Shown here: one piece after another, positions 25,609-39,830 of the stretch
How the letters are laid out: the number at the start of each line of letters is the position of its first letter
How positions within the stretch are numbered: position 1 is the first letter of the stretch
Source of the DNA: Lepidodermella squamata
Lineage: Eukaryota > Animalia > Gastrotricha
Direction of reading: 5' to 3'
DNA: 64,000 nt
Assembly (NCBI GenBank): GCA_047495785.1
Contig: JBLDXI010000009.1
Location: 2,666,001 to 2,730,000 of the forward strand
Made by a program: the position numbers and the translations under genes
Notes under the pieces: model-generated
The model's input: only the letters and a program-made list of their open reading frames with translations
The model's database searches: none
What the model was told of the DNA's origin: nothing

Positions 25609-26072
25609 TTCGTTTTTTTTTCTGCAAAATCGCAAAATACTGTTTTGAGACAAAAATCAAACGTTGCGTCAATATTTGTAAGACGCGCACCCCTCAGGTG
25701 CAATCGCGGCAGCTATTAATTATCGATAAATCACTTCTGCGATGTAAAAAAAACTCGCTCGTTTGAGATTCATTAGCCCCAGCGGTACTCAGTTATTTTT
25801 TTGCGTGATGCCTCTCGGCGCTGATGCCTTGTCAAAAAAATCTCAAGACCGGAAGATCACTGTGGAAAATATGATTGCGTGATCGGAAAATTGTCGCAAT
25901 GACGCCGATCAATATTTTCCATGCAGGTATTTTAGGATCACAGCCAAATAATAAAAGTGAAAAATCAATAATAAAATAAGACAATTAAATTTGCTTTATA
26001 ATGAGCTGATTAAAATTCATTAGGTCACACTTCAAAACTTCAAAATATTTTTTACGCTAAGACAATTATTGG

Positions 26073-28329
26073 CTAATCACTCAACTGAGGCAAAAGCGAG
26101 AAAAAGATAACCGGGGTTGATATTAGAGCAATTAAATACAAAATCAAGGTAATCCGCTCGACTACGTCAGCCAAGTAGAACCAATACAGGCGATGAAGAT
26201 GCTTCTTAGCCATAACATTCCGATGACTTTTCCTCTCTAAGCTCTCCGTCATTCGCTTAATCGAATCTGTATAGATACAGCTATACCCGGGCGAATCGTG
26301 ATTTTCAACGCGCGATTTTGACATTGAGAAGTTTTTCCGCCTCAAATGAGGAGTTTCGTCCGAACGCCGGAAAATATCGTCCTCCAAGCCGTAGGCAAGG
26401 TCGAAATAATCCGATCTAATCATCTGAGTTTCACTGGCAAATGGCGGATCAACTAGAGCGTGACCGTCGTCAGTTCGCAGAAACCCTGTTCTCCTAAACA
26501 TGTCAGCGTCCTTTTTTTCCTTCTCAATTTTTTCCAGCGTTTCCATTGCCTCTTCACCCTGTTCAAGATGAGCTTCGGCCGATCTTGCATCCGAAACACT
26601 GACGGATAAATAACTGCCGCAAGTGTTAGTTAGATCTCGTAACAAGGCAGACATGATCTTGAAACGACGGCCTCTTCTCAGGCAAATAAAAACGATAGCT
26701 TCGCCGAAAATTGCCAGGGCAATGTAGGCCATTTGCAGATCTAGGTACTGAAAATATTTGAGTTTAAATTTTGTGAAATTGTGAAATTGAAAATTATTTT
26801 ACGATTGAGAGGAGTGGGACATGTTCTGAAGCTTTCGGCATGTCGCGGTTGACGGTGGTCTAATAAAATGATTTTTCTAAATTTTTTTTATGACATTTCT
26901 TCTGAAACCGACCTGAACTACTGCGTAGGCCAGAAGGCACGTGAAAGAAATGTGAACTTTAACCGTTTCAGAGGTCTGGAATTAAGCAGAAAATAAGATA
27001 AATTCTGAATTAACTAAAAAATTACCGGCAATGTGAATGTGACAATTTCGATTACAGCACTATGAAGCAGAAAATTAATAAGTTTTCCTGTTCTAAAAAT
27101 TCATACTCACATTATAAGCGAAGGTATTATGATGAAATTGTTATAAAAGCCAGGTTGCCGTCTGAAAGTGAAGGAAAAATCGAGCTGTAAAATATTCGAA
27201 TTTTTCAAGCATTTTCCCGAATTTTTCATAGTAAAACCCACCCCTGAATAACAGCAATCAGTTACAGATTCCGTGTAGCAAGAAATGTAAGGCTTCGCTG
27301 TCCAATTAATAAAGGTCCATTGTTCATTTTTAGAAAATCGCTGAACTTCAACGGGCGGGTTGTAGAGTTCGAACATCTGCTGCTCGGGGAAATACGTCCA
27401 ACATTCGAATTTCAGGTGACAAGTTTGTTCATCGTAACTAAAGGAAATTCACAATAATAAATTCTTAATTTTGATCAAAGCAAATCTCACGGGAAGAAGA
27501 CTAGGTCAAAGTCGCAAAAAGCTTCAATTGTTGCCTCGGGTATGTACTCGACAAATCCGTCGGAATTTACCGTTAGCTGTATTTCCTTGTACTGTTGCAA
27601 GGCATACATTTTACCACTGATTAAAACTAAATATTAAAAATAACCGGGTTCCGAAATTTAAAGAATTTTACCTATTGACAAGAGTAATGTCTGGGATGAA
27701 AAGCTGCCGAAGATATTTAATAGCCGAAAAAATTCATAGAAAAATCTAGCTCACCTCATTCATCTGTGAAAAAATTAAAGGGATTTTTGAAGGTGAGAAA
27801 TTTTGAAGTCGAAGTTTACCCAAACTGCTAGGCTAGGGATGCGGGAAAATTTTGAATTATTCCAGACTAGGTATTCGTCCTTCCATTGAAGAGTGAACAG
27901 GGCTGTCAGGATCATCACGTTTTCTTTCTCCAGCAAATCGTTTAAAACTAGCGGGGTGACGCCAACAACAACTCGGACAGTAGATAAAGCGTCTTTGACA
28001 GGCCGGCGAGTCGGTAAATAATCCGTAGAATTGAACAAAAATCTAGACAACTCAGCCTCAGACATATTTTCTGGAAAAAATACGGAAAATTCCTAATAAA
28101 TAAATTCCTCCTTAAAATAACTTTTACCGCTCAAGTTTTCATCCGTTTTCGAATTTAACCAGCTGCTTTCGTTGAAGGTGTAAATACGGCCGATAGCTTT
28201 GTGTTCACGGTTTTGTTTTCTCAGGTCTCGGGCATTACTGAAACTGGACGTACCTTCACAGAGGTTACCGGATAAAAAGCTCACAAGCCAAACCGTTGAA
28301 ACGATCCACATTTGTTGGGACAATCGCAT
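26073..28329 (-). CDS. Cys-loop LGIC subunit G12 (class D)
   Basis: YLPTRRP, CDFDLVFFP.YDEQTC, FECWTY, loop C YISCYTESVTDCCYSG, M2 KVHISFTCLLAYAVVQ, HRLYWFYLADVVER. Confidence 0.9.
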
Positions 28330-28604
28330 CTCAGTTAAATCTTAGCCTTAGCCTTGAAACTCTATTAATAGCTCAATTAAAATGTAGAATAGGAGGAAGT
28401 AAAAAATTGTCGATGGCGGCTCATAGGAACGTACTAATTAAACACCATTCGATTTTTTCCGATGCCGCAAGGGAAAATGATGTTCCTAAAACACACCCTG
28501 TAGCGCATTTGTCAGTTAATTGACGCAAAAAAACACACACCGTTTTTTATTTTAACAAGACACAAATAGCCCACAGCACATAATTAGAAAAACTGCGCAA
28601 AAAA

Positions 28605-30964
28605 TCAATTTCGCGACGGTAAAATTTCGAAAAAAATTATTGGCGTGAGAACCAGAAAAATTGCGTAACCGATCAAAGTGATTCGTTCGATAACATCGGC
28701 TAGGTAAAACCAGTAGAGTCTATGCAAATTGCGCCTTATCATCGCGTTAGTTTTCGCCGCTGTAGCCATTTTAGCCGTCGTAATTTTGATCGAATTAGAA
28801 TTCGAGAGATGTTCATGGAAGGATTGATCGTCAAAAGCATCATCGTCGCGCGAAAGATTTGGCTGTTTTCTATCTCGATTTTTCCTGTTCTGAAGTTTGG
28901 AATCCGCGTGCACGAACTTTTTGATATCTGCTTCGAGACCAAATGCCAAGGAGAAGTATTCAGGCCTTGTGCTCAAGGACGGCGGGTCTAGTACAGCCTT
29001 CCAGCCCTCTGTTCTTAGAAATCCAGTGCGGCGAAATTCGGCGTCCAACTGCATCGAGTTTTCCATATTTGCGATTGTTTCGCGAACTTCTTCCGCACTT
29101 TCGAGGCTTTTCTCGGCTGATTTCGCATCGGAACAACTTACCATAAGCCAAATGCCGAGGTAATCGGTCCAGTTTTGAAGAAATACGGACATTGATTTGA
29201 AGTGGCGACCTCGCCCTAGGCAAATGAAGACCAGAGATTCGCCGAATAATGCGAAAGCGATATAAGACATTTGCAAGTCCAAATACTGAAAGAAAAATCG
29301 TTAATTTTCAGAGTTCAAAGGTGAAACAGGTAGAAATACGATTGATAATAGCGGAACGTGCTCCGAAGCTTTCGGCATGTCTCGATTGACGGTCGTCTTG
29401 ATGGACACGGAAAATAAATTTCGGCTATCAAAGAAATTATTACACAAACCTGAACCATAGAATAGGCCAGTAAACAGGTACAAGAGATGTGAATTTTGAC
29501 AGTTTCTGTGGTCTTTATGAAGATTTTGATAGATAAAAAATGTCCGAAGTTAAAGTTATTTACCGGCAGAGTGAATGTTGTAAGTTCGACAATCGAGCTG
29601 TTCGTAAAATATTAATACTTAAAATAATATGAATATAACGCCATTTTACATAATAAGCGACGGAATGATGATGAAGTTATTGTAAAATGCTGGTTTGCGT
29701 TTGAATGTGAAAGAAAAATCGAGCTGGTGAAAAAATCAATTTTCAGTTGAATTAGGAAAATTTAAAAAAAATAAACAAACTCCGGAATAACAGCAATCGG
29801 TTAGTGACTCTGTATAGCATGATATGTAAGGAACAGCCGTCCAATTAACAGGTTCCCACTGTTCGTTTTTTGCAAAACGGGACATTTCAATGGCGTTCTC
29901 TTGAAATTCGAGAGTTTGCTGCTGTGGGAAATAGGTCCAGCATTCGAATCTCAAGTGACACGTTTGCTCGTCGTAACTTGGGGGAAAATAAATTTTTAAA
30001 ATTTTGAGCAAAGGAAAATCGGAGTTTCTTTACGGAAAATGTATCAGGTCGAAATCGCAAAATGAATCCATGGTTGCCTCCGGGATGAACTCGACCATTC
30101 CATTCGACATGATGGTTATTTGTATCTCTTTATACTTCATCAGAGAATAAAGCTCCCCACTACAAATTTTCTTTAAAAATTAAAAATGACATGGAAAATG
30201 CCCAAACATACCTATTGACCAAGGTTATATCAGGTAGAAAAATCTCAAATAAAAATACCACAAATTGCAGAAAATTAATCGAAGCGCCTCACATTACATA
30301 CCTCATGTGGCTGGAGAACAATAATTATTTTTATACATTTTTCATTATTTTAATTATGATTTACCCAAACTGCTAGGCTTGGAATTTGTGCGAACTTGGT
30401 ATCATTCCACACCATGAATTCGTCGAACCATTGCAGAGAAAATAGAGCAGTCAGTCGCATAATTTGCTCCTTCTCAATCTATTTACAAGTTGAAAAATTG
30501 GGTCGCATGGCAAAATTGATAATTTTTACCAAATCATTTAATACGAGAGGAGTTATGCTCACGAAGACCCTGATTTTTCCATTGATTCCATCTCGCAAGG
30601 GCCGCCTCGTCGGCATGTAGTCGGAGTTGTTGAATAAATACGTTGACAGCTCGCTCTCGGATAGGATCTCTACAAAAGACTCAACTTGAGAATGATTGTA
30701 GAAAACCCAAAAAATTTCACCATCATTTGGATCGTGCTCGTTTTTTTGGTTCCAAGCCGTGAGATCAAAGTCGTAAAGCCTGCCTAATGCCTCCTTCTTT
30801 TTCTCAAGCCCAATCTCTCGAACGCTTCTCTCGGACCTCGACAAAACCTGACGATTCGAATCTGGGAAGCTTCGAGAGAAAAGCGCTATCAAAAAGCAAC
30901 AGCCAAAAATGGCTGCCAAGTAACATTTCAGCATACGCCTCCAAAATGCAGGTTTGCTCGCCAT
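28605..30964 (-). CDS. Cys-loop LGIC subunit G13 (class D)
   Basis: YMPTRRP, YDEQTCHLRFECWTY, loop C YISCYTESLTDCCYSG, M2 KIHISCTCLLAYSMVQ. Start could instead be the ATG at about 30934. Confidence 0.9.
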
Positions 30965-31114
30965 AAATCAGGAATTGATTAATTAGGTCACGCGTCAAAA
31001 AAATGGGGTCCAGTGTGCCCACCTCCTCGAGCCTCTGGCTATTTGAGTTAATTACACATCGTACTTAAATCAACTCAACAAATTTATTTATTTCCAATCA
31101 ATATTACAAAAAAT

Positions 31115-33040
31115 CTAGTGGTGAGAATGGCGTGCTAGCGGTACCAACCAAAATAATAAGAGAGGCGTAATCGAAATGAGTGTTAGGTAAATGACAAATG
31201 TAGTCCGATCGAAATATTCGGCGAGAAATAGCCATCGAAATTTGACTTCAGCGTAGTAAGACCGCTTCTTGCTGCGTGAATTGCCAAAAGGTGGAATTTC
31301 CTCCTCCATCGGATAGTTAGCAGCGTCTTTATTTTCCTGAACATCGACGTAAATTCCATTGAATTCAACGGGGACAAAGCCTTGACGAGAGGAGTCTGAG
31401 TCAGTGTTCGCGGATTTAGTGGTATTTTTAAGCAAAGCGAGGATTTCTTTCATTTCCGGAGCGGCAATTTTCTCAGCGTGATCGTGCTGGCCAAGTTCGT
31501 TTTCTTCTTGCTCGACATCTTGAGCGCTGATGAATAGGAATCGGCTTAGGAATAAGGCTATTTTATAGAGGTAAGGATTGGGCAATGCATTGCGAGAAGC
31601 CCGGTTGATACACATGAAAACAACCCCTTCGCCAAGCAGGACTAAGCCGATATAGGCCTAATAGAAAATCAGCAGTTTCAATAGTTTCATCTGAAGAGTA
31701 ATTTTTTACCATTTGAAGATTGATGTAAATCGAAAGGAGCGGCGTGTTTTCGGACCTAATAAAAATTCCACCTTAACAAAATATTAAACGGAAAAGTGCG
31801 TGTTTACGTTCGTGGCATATCGCGGCTGACTGTATCTTGAAAAACAGCGTACGCTAGTAAACAGGTGAAGGTGACGTGGACTTTTTGAGGCTCATGAGTC
31901 GGCAGTGAAAAAATTGCGATTTCAACAAAAGCAATAATCAAACTCGGCGCGATGATGTTGATATCTGAAAAACTCCCAAAAATCAGCTTTCATCTTTCAT
32001 CGAATTTTTCACTCACTGTAATAAGCTGATTTTCGTTTGAGAGACACCACGAATTCCATGCCGGTGTAGCAGCAATCTAGGTAAGTCTCGGTGTAGCATG
32101 AAATATAGGGCTTCGCGGTAAGATTCAGTAGGTCCCATTGCTCATTCATGCGGTATTTATGGGTGTTAGTCGGCGGGTCGTACAGCCTGAACATCTGCTG
32201 ATTCGGGAAATAAGTCCAAGCCTCGAAGCGAATAGGACACTCCTGTTCGTCGTACGGGAAAAATGTCATGTCCATATCGCAGAAAATTGATATCGTAGCT
32301 TCGGGGAGAAATTCTATCACGCCGTTGCTGGATATCGTCAGAAGCATCTTCTCGGACTTTTCAGCTAAAGAATACATATCGCCGCTGTTCACGTTGGAAT
32401 AATCCGGCAGCCAAACTTCGTTTTGAAACACGCTGAGAGACGTCATTTGCGAGTAAGGATAGGTCGTGTTCCAGACTAAATATTCGTCGAACCATTGCAG
32501 GGTCAAGTGAACAGTTACGACCATCTCTTGCTCTTTTTCTAGCTGAAAAATTCATTTAAATTAGCGCTTTTAAATTAAAGTGTAAATATAATCTTTACGA
32601 TATTATTTAATACGATTAGGCTAAGGCCGAAGTAAATGTCCACAACGCTTAGCGCATCCCTACGCGGTCGCCTCGTCTTGTCATAGTTCGCGAACAGGTA
32701 TCGGCTCAAATCCATTTCAGACATATTTACTGATGGCGCCAAGGTATTGTCTTATTAAAAATAGAAAATAAGTTGATTTAAAAATGAAAAATGTCTCTAT
32801 TAAACTGAATATTGCTAGGTTTTGACTCGTGGCAATATTTTATAACATTTCTAACTGATTTTATGGGACATTCGAACAAATTTGTTCACCTGATGTATCA
32901 TTTTGCTCCTCTTTCTGCTTTCGTAACTGCGCCAGGTAGGCCTCTTGAGCAGCCGCGTAGTCTTCAAGGGTAACATCACCGAAGAAAAGGCCGGATGAAA
33001 CCGATAAGTAGCTAATTAAGGTAAAATAAAATACAAACAT
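31115..33040 (-). CDS. Cys-loop LGIC subunit G14 (class E)
   Basis: MFVFYFTLI..GDVTLEDYAAA, YDKTRRP, CDMDMTFFPYDEQEC, FEAWTY, loop C YISCYTETYLDCCYTG, M2 EPQKVHVTFTCLLAYAVFQD. Confidence 0.9.
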
Positions 33041-33174
33041 TTCCGAATTATTTCAGGATTATTCATTTAATCCATCAAGGATAAAGCGAATGATTAGCCG
33101 GAGGCATTTTCATCATGTTTGCCAATTATCTTAAATAAATAGCGAAATAATAATCGATTTGTCTGACACAGAAG

Positions 33175-35000
33175 TCAATCATTGTGGTGCTCCTTATCGC
33201 TATCCGATGCCGGCATCAACCAAAAAATAATCAGTGGAGTAATAACGACGAGAAAAATGTAACAAATCGCAGTAATACGCTCGATAACTTCAGCGACGAA
33301 CATCCATCGAAACCGAATTTCATCTTTCGTCGCCTGACGTCTGTTTTGCTTAGATCGCGGCGATTCCTCCCCAACCTCGCCAATGTCCAGGAAAGAGCCG
33401 ATCATTTCGAGATTAACAAAACCCTCTGAACTCTCATCGCCATCCACCCGCTTGTTAGCCTCGTGTTCGAGCTTAAGTTCGGAAAGGAGGGCTGCGTTGT
33501 AATCTGACTGCTCATGGACTATATCCACATCATCATCGCTAACACCAAGTCGTCTCGAGATGATTCGAAGAACTCGATATAAGTAATAGGGCGGAGGTTC
33601 ATGGCGCGCTGCTCGGTTTAAACACGTGAAAACTAGACCTTCACCGAGAAGAACCAAAGCAATATAGGCCTAAAATTAAAAAATAGTATTAAAAAAGATT
33701 TGAGCTGAAATTTGAGACCATTTGAAGGTTGATGTAAACAGATAGCAGCGGTGTATTTTCTGACCTGAAATTTTACAAAATTAATTGAAATTTCAAATTA
33801 ATTTCGATGAGGCTCACGTTCTAGGCATTTCCTTACTGACTGTATCCTGAAACACAGCGTAGGCCAGAATGCAAGTGAATGTGACATGAATCTTCTGCGG
33901 CTCGTGAGTCGGCAATGAAAAAATAGCTGCCTCAACAAAGGCTATCAACAAGCTTGGCACGATGATGTTAATATCTGAAAAAATTTCAATTTTCAATTTT
34001 CAATTTTGATCTTACCTAGTCATACTGTAATATGCCGACTTTCTTCGGACTGAAATAACGTACTCAACACCTGTATAGCAGCAGTCTGTTGTCGATTCAG
34101 TGTAGCATGAAATGTAGGTTTTGGCCGTTAAATTCAGCAAATCCCACTGTTCATTTTTCCGGTATTTGTGAACGTTAGTCGGCGGGTCGTAGAGCCGAAA
34201 CATTTCCTGATTAGGGAAATAGGTCCAGGCTTCAAACCTAACTGGGCAGGACTGCTCGTCATACCTTTGCGAAAGGTATAAATCTAAAATCAAGGTGCCT
34301 ATATAGGGCTTACGGGAAATAAGTCATGTCAAGCTCGCAAAAAGCTGCAATTGTAGCTTCAGGTAGAAATTCGACCCAGCCGTGTTTTGTGATGGTCAGC
34401 AGCATTTTTTCCGACTCTTGAGCCAGCTTGTACATATTCCCGCTATTTACCAGCGAATAATCAGGTAGCCATACTTCATTTTGAAAAACGCTCAGCGAGT
34501 CGAGTCGGGAATACGGGTTAGTTTCGTTCCAGACCAAAAATTCATCGTGCCATAGAAGGGTTAAATGGACGGTTATTTCAAGTTCTTGCTCCTTCTCTAG
34601 CTACAACAAAATTATAAAAAAAAAAATTTGCCTCGGAAATTTTCATACAATGTTATTTAGAACGATCAAGCTCAAGCCGAAATAAACGACGACTACGTCC
34701 AAAGCATTTTTTCGAGGTCTCCTGGTTCTGTCGTAATCCCTGAACACAAATCTGCTTAGCTGGGTCTCGGATAGAACGACAACCGAGTCATTAGCTACTT
34801 TTAAAACATTATTTTTAATTTATTTCGAGGAATTCATTTTTACCAGGCTCATGAGCAGCTTCGATCGTATGAGATGTAGAGTCTAGAATAAATCGTTTGT
34901 TGACAGCCGCAAATTCTTCCAAGGTAAAATCGCCGCCTTGCGAAGAACCGACCCTCCAGAAATTAATGAGAAAAATTAAACCGAGCAAAATATTATTCAT
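33175..35000 (-). CDS. Cys-loop LGIC subunit G15 (class E)
   Basis: GDFTLEEFAA, CELDMTYFP.YDEQSC, loop C YISCYTESTTDCCYTG, M2 EPQKIHVTFTCILAYAVFQD. Confidence 0.9.
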
Positions 35001-35075
35001 TTTGAACTAAAGATTCTCAAATCCTGTTTTACTGAAAATTGTTCTAACTTTTTATTTTTTTTTTATTACCTCAGG

Positions 35076-37185
35076 TCATGTCTTAGGAAGGATTAGAAAA
35101 AATACTATCGGGGTGGCGATTAGGGCAAAAGCGTAGAAAAGCATTGTTATGCGATCGATGACGTCCGCTAAATAAATCCAGAAAATGCGATTCAGGTGAT
35201 GCTGAGCTGACAGGCGAGTCGAAGCTGCTTCCCTCAGTACTCTAGTTGACCACTTGATGGAGGTTGGTCGGGGTTTTTCTCGGTCGACAACTTCTTCCGG
35301 AATACTATCGAGAACTATAGGAACTGTAGTTTGTCTTTGCCTTCCTATGGTTAGCTTCCGCTTATTAGCTACGGAAGCGAGGCCAGCGCGAACGCCAATT
35401 GAACGTTGATGAGCTTGAGGGGCAAAGTTCAACATCCCAGAGGCCCCCTCAAGAAACTTGAATAGACCAGTTTTCTTGTCAGAATTAGAACTGTCTTTGA
35501 ATGAGTTGATGGAGGAGCGTAGATTTTCGTTCGCTTCAAGGTTACGCTCTTCCGATTTAGCATCGCAGACGTCAACCATGAATAATTGGCCCAGGGTGTC
35601 TGTTAGATCCTGAAGAAACTCCGGCATTTTCTTGAATTTCTTCCCTCGATTGAGGGAGAGAAATAGGAGAGCTTCGCCAAACATTGCCACGGCAATGTAG
35701 AACATTTGAAGGTCGACATACTGTTCGAAAAACTGATTATTTCGAATTTTAATAGGCTGAAGAAGTCTTACGATGAGGAGGTAAGGAGTCGTGTCAGATG
35801 CTTCAGGAAGGTCTCTGTTAACCGTTGTTTGGACCATAGAATAGGCTAACATGCAAGCGAAAGAAATGTGAACTTTGACAGCTTCGTGTGACTGCGAAAT
35901 ACAAAATTAAAAAAACGCCGAATTTCGATAAATTTTATCGAACCGGTAGAGCGAAAGTCGACAGCTCAACAATTGATCTTGAAAAAAAATGAAATGACCT
36001 CTCAATTAACATAATTTGAGTGACGTTACATTATCAGAAGAGGGAACATTATCAGGTTTTCATAGAAAGCCGGTTTTCGTTTGAAAGTGAAGCTGAAATC
36101 AAGCTGGAAAAGCGTTTCGATTTTCGATTTTAACGCAAAAATTGTCTTACCCCAGAATAGCAGCAGTCGACTTTAGAACTTGTGTAGCACGAAATGTAAG
36201 GCCGCGCGGTGTAATTGATAAGACTCCACTGCTCATTCCGGGAGAATCGCTCTGTTTCAATTGGAGGATTGTACAGATTTAGCGACTGTTGCGGTGGAGT
36301 GTAAGTCCAACATTCGAACTGCAGATGACAATTTTGTTGGTCATATCTTAAAATCGGCAATTTATCAAAAAATATATTGTGATCTATATTACGGTCAAAT
36401 TACGGGAAAAATCGAAGGTCGAGGTCGCAAAAACTTTCGATGGTCCCTTCAGATATCAATTCAACTAGCCCGGACGATGAAACAGTGACCTGAAGTTCGT
36501 TGCTATATCGGTAAAGCGCAAAAATGTCGCCGCTATAATAGAAATATTTAAAATGATTAAACAAATTAATCCATTTATTGTCTCACCTGTTAACCAAAGT
36601 TATGTCCGGCACGAAAATCTGAACGAAAAATCCTATGATTTGTATAGGAATCCCAAAATTTTTACCTCTTTCATATCCAGAACAAGAGAATCTATTGTTG
36701 AGAATTTCGTATCGTTCCAAACGAGAAATTCGTCCCGCCATTGAATGGTAAAAAGGGCAGTTAATATCATGACTTCATCTTTCTCTACCTGGAAAATCTC
36801 ATTATAATCACAGAGAATTTCATGAATATTCATTACAATTTCGTTGAGAACTAATAATGTTACGCCAAAGTCGACAGAAAGCGTTTGGAGAGCATCGAAA
36901 AGAGGCCGTCGGAATGGGGCGTACTCGGTTTTGTTGAACAGATAATTCGACAAGTCCGTTTCCGAGTATTTTTCATGACCTAAAAGAAAATACACCGGTA
37001 ATTACGGGTAATTATTTTTTATGACCCAAATTACTTTTCGAAGGTGGCCTCAGCCATATTGATTCGTCGAAATCGTACAGTCTCCTAGCTCCAAGATTAA
37101 GCGATGATTCATTTGAGTTCAAAGTGGACGAGTTCGAAATGTTAAGAATGAAAATTGAAAAAGCGAGTAACCGCTTTGATGTCAT
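35076..37185 (-). CDS. Cys-loop LGIC subunit G16 (class D)
   Basis: MTSKRLLAFS..GARRLYDFDES, YAPFRRP, YDQQNCHLQFECWTY, loop C YISCYTSSKVDCCYSG, M2 KVHISFACMLAYSMVQ. Confidence 0.9.
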
Positions 37186-37376
37186 AAACGATTTACTCTT
37201 TTCGAACGAACAGAATCAAGCCGGTATTTTCTGTGGCTCTTGAAATTATTTCATCTTCGCTATGTCCTGGAAATAATCGTCCTCGATCGATTTCAGCTAA
37301 TTGCAGTGTCTGGGAAAACGAACCGGATCAAATCAAGTGCCACCATCAATTAGCCACTTTATTGCCTCAATTTATA

Positions 37377-39615
37377 TCAATTTTGAATAGCAGCAGAAAC
37401 GCGTGGTAATATACTGAACAGTGCTACGGGGGTTGAAATAAGTAGAATTGTGTAAATAATAAGAATTACACGTTCGATAACATCGGCTAAATATAGCCAA
37501 AAAACGCGATGCAGATGCCGACGGGCGGATAAATTTCCAACAGCTGATCGAGCCAGATCAGTCGTTGACCAAATTATCGAATTCGGCTTCCTCTCTCGGG
37601 CCAGGCGTTCCGGCACGCTTTCCATAGCGATTGCGATAGAATTAGACCCCGGTGGCGGAACTTTCCCGATGGATTTGCTTCTATGACTGACGGATTTCCG
37701 TTTCGACATCGCGACATCGGCTGTGGCTGAAATTCCAACGAATAGGCTGTAACGGTGTGCCGTTTGAGCATCCATCCGGCCGCCGGGATTAACCGAAAAA
37801 TTGAGACTACCAGCCGCGGTTCCCAGGACTTTCGACATGAAACCAGTTTTCATCAGTGAGGCTGAGTCGTTTTTCTGCTCTTTCAAAGACGCGACTGTAT
37901 CGCGCAATTTTTCATCGGCTTCGAGGCTTTTCTCCTCAGCTTTCGCGTCGCAAGCGTCTACCATCAGAATCTGGCCAACGGTGTCTGTCACATCCCGTAA
38001 CCAGTCCGGCATCATTCTGAAGTGTTTCCCGAATCCGAGGCAGATGAAGACAACAGCCTCGCCGAATAGCGCGAAGGCAATATAGAACATTTGAAGGTCC
38101 AAATACTGAGGAGAAAAACGACTGACTTTAAGGCTGAAAGATGAAGGATGAATTTTACTTACCATCAAAATGTAAGGCACATTTTCTGAGGTGACAGGCA
38201 TGTCTTTGTTCACAGTTGTCTGAACAAGTTACGAAATTTGAAGAAAATTGCAATGAAAATGAAATGAAATAACCTGAACAACAGAATAAGCTAGAAGGCA
38301 TGTGAATGATATGTGCATCTTTACTGCTTCCCCAGGAGGTAGGGTGAATGTCGTCATCTCGACTACCGATCTATTCAAATAATTGAGTTAGAATCCGCAA
38401 CTCCCTTTTTATGAAACTTGCATTATTAGAAGAGGAACCATGATGAAATTTGTGTAAAAAGCCGATTTGCGTTTGAAGGTGAAGGAAAAGTCAAGCTAGT
38501 TGAAAGCATTTTCAAAAAAACTTCAAATTTTATTCATTTTTTTACCCCTGAGTAGCAGCAATCCGTCCGAGAATCCGTGTAGCATGAAATGTATCGAACA
38601 GCAGAATGGTTAGTCAAATCCCATTGTTCATTCATTGAAAACCGTTCAGCTTCGATCGGAGGGTTGTATAGTTCAAGTGATTGTTGATACGGGTAATACG
38701 TCCAACATTCAAATCTCAAATGACACGTTTGCTCGTCATATCTGTAATGAATCAGTATAAAAAATGCCGGGTCGGAAATTCACTGTTTCCTACGGGAAAA
38801 ATAGAAGATTGAAATCGCAGAAAGACTCGACTGTTCCTTCGGGTAGATACTCGATCGCTCCATCCGATCCTACTGTTACTTGAATTTCCTTTTGGTTTAT
38901 CATAACGAACAATTCGCCGCTATTTTCAATTATCCGCATTAAGGTCTTTTATCAGAAGGAAAGATGTCTAACCTGTTAACTAGGGTGATGTCGGGTAGAA
39001 ACACTTCGTGGCTCTGTGAGATGCAGAAACACAGTTTGAATTATTTTCATTTTGGACCAATTGTAGTTACCATAACTACTAAACTGGTTAGCTTAGCGAA
39101 CTTCGTTTCATTCCACACCAAGAATTCATCTCGCCATTGCATTGTAAACAATGAAGTCATGACCATCACTCTTCTTTTTTCAACCTGTAAATTAAATTGT
39201 CTCAACAATTTCAAAGGATTCAATTGGCTCACCATCTCGTTCAGAACAAGTGGAGTTATGCCAACATAAACAGCCATTCCCTTTTGCATGTCCTTTAAAG
39301 GCCGGCGAAACGGCATGTAATGAGTTTGATTGAACAGCCATTCTGTCAACTCTTTCTCCGAGACTGGGACATCTATGGTCGAATTGAAGTTTTAAGAAGT
39401 GCTGGACCGACTTCTGGCAACTCACCTCCTTCAACAGGTGGTTCTCTGTACCATTTTGTTTCATCGAAATCGTAAATTCTGCGAGCTCCCAAGCTGCTTA
39501 TCGCAGAGCTCGAGGTAAGGTTCACGCATGGTTCCAAAGTTTGATTCCCAGTTTGATTCAGGCTGCTTATTCTTGTGACCAGGTGGAACAATAAAACGCT
39601 AACCAACGGTATCAT
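37377..39615 (-). CDS. Cys-loop LGIC subunit G17 (class D)
   Basis: GARRIYDFDET, YMPFRRP, FECWTY, loop C YISCYTDSRTDCCYSG, M2 KMHISFTCLLAYSVVQ. Includes one GC-AG intron. Confidence 0.9.
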
Positions 39616-39830
39616 TTTAGCGTTTCAAAGCAAATATAATTATAACACTAGGTACAGTGATTGAGGAAATGTTCATGCTTTTTCCTTGTTTTTGTTTGAT
39701 TTGGCAAGTATCGCAAGGATCGATAAGTCCATTATAGCCACTTGAAGCCGTGATCCATTAGCAATTAGCTGAATTTATTCTATTTTAAACTCAATCAAAA
39801 GCAATGTAAAAAAATGTGAAGATTTGGACA

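Noticed and set aside
28330-39830. CTAATT/CAATTAG homeodomain-like motifs in several intergenic spacers
   Set aside because: Short AT-rich words that are expected by chance here; not supportable without an enrichment test.
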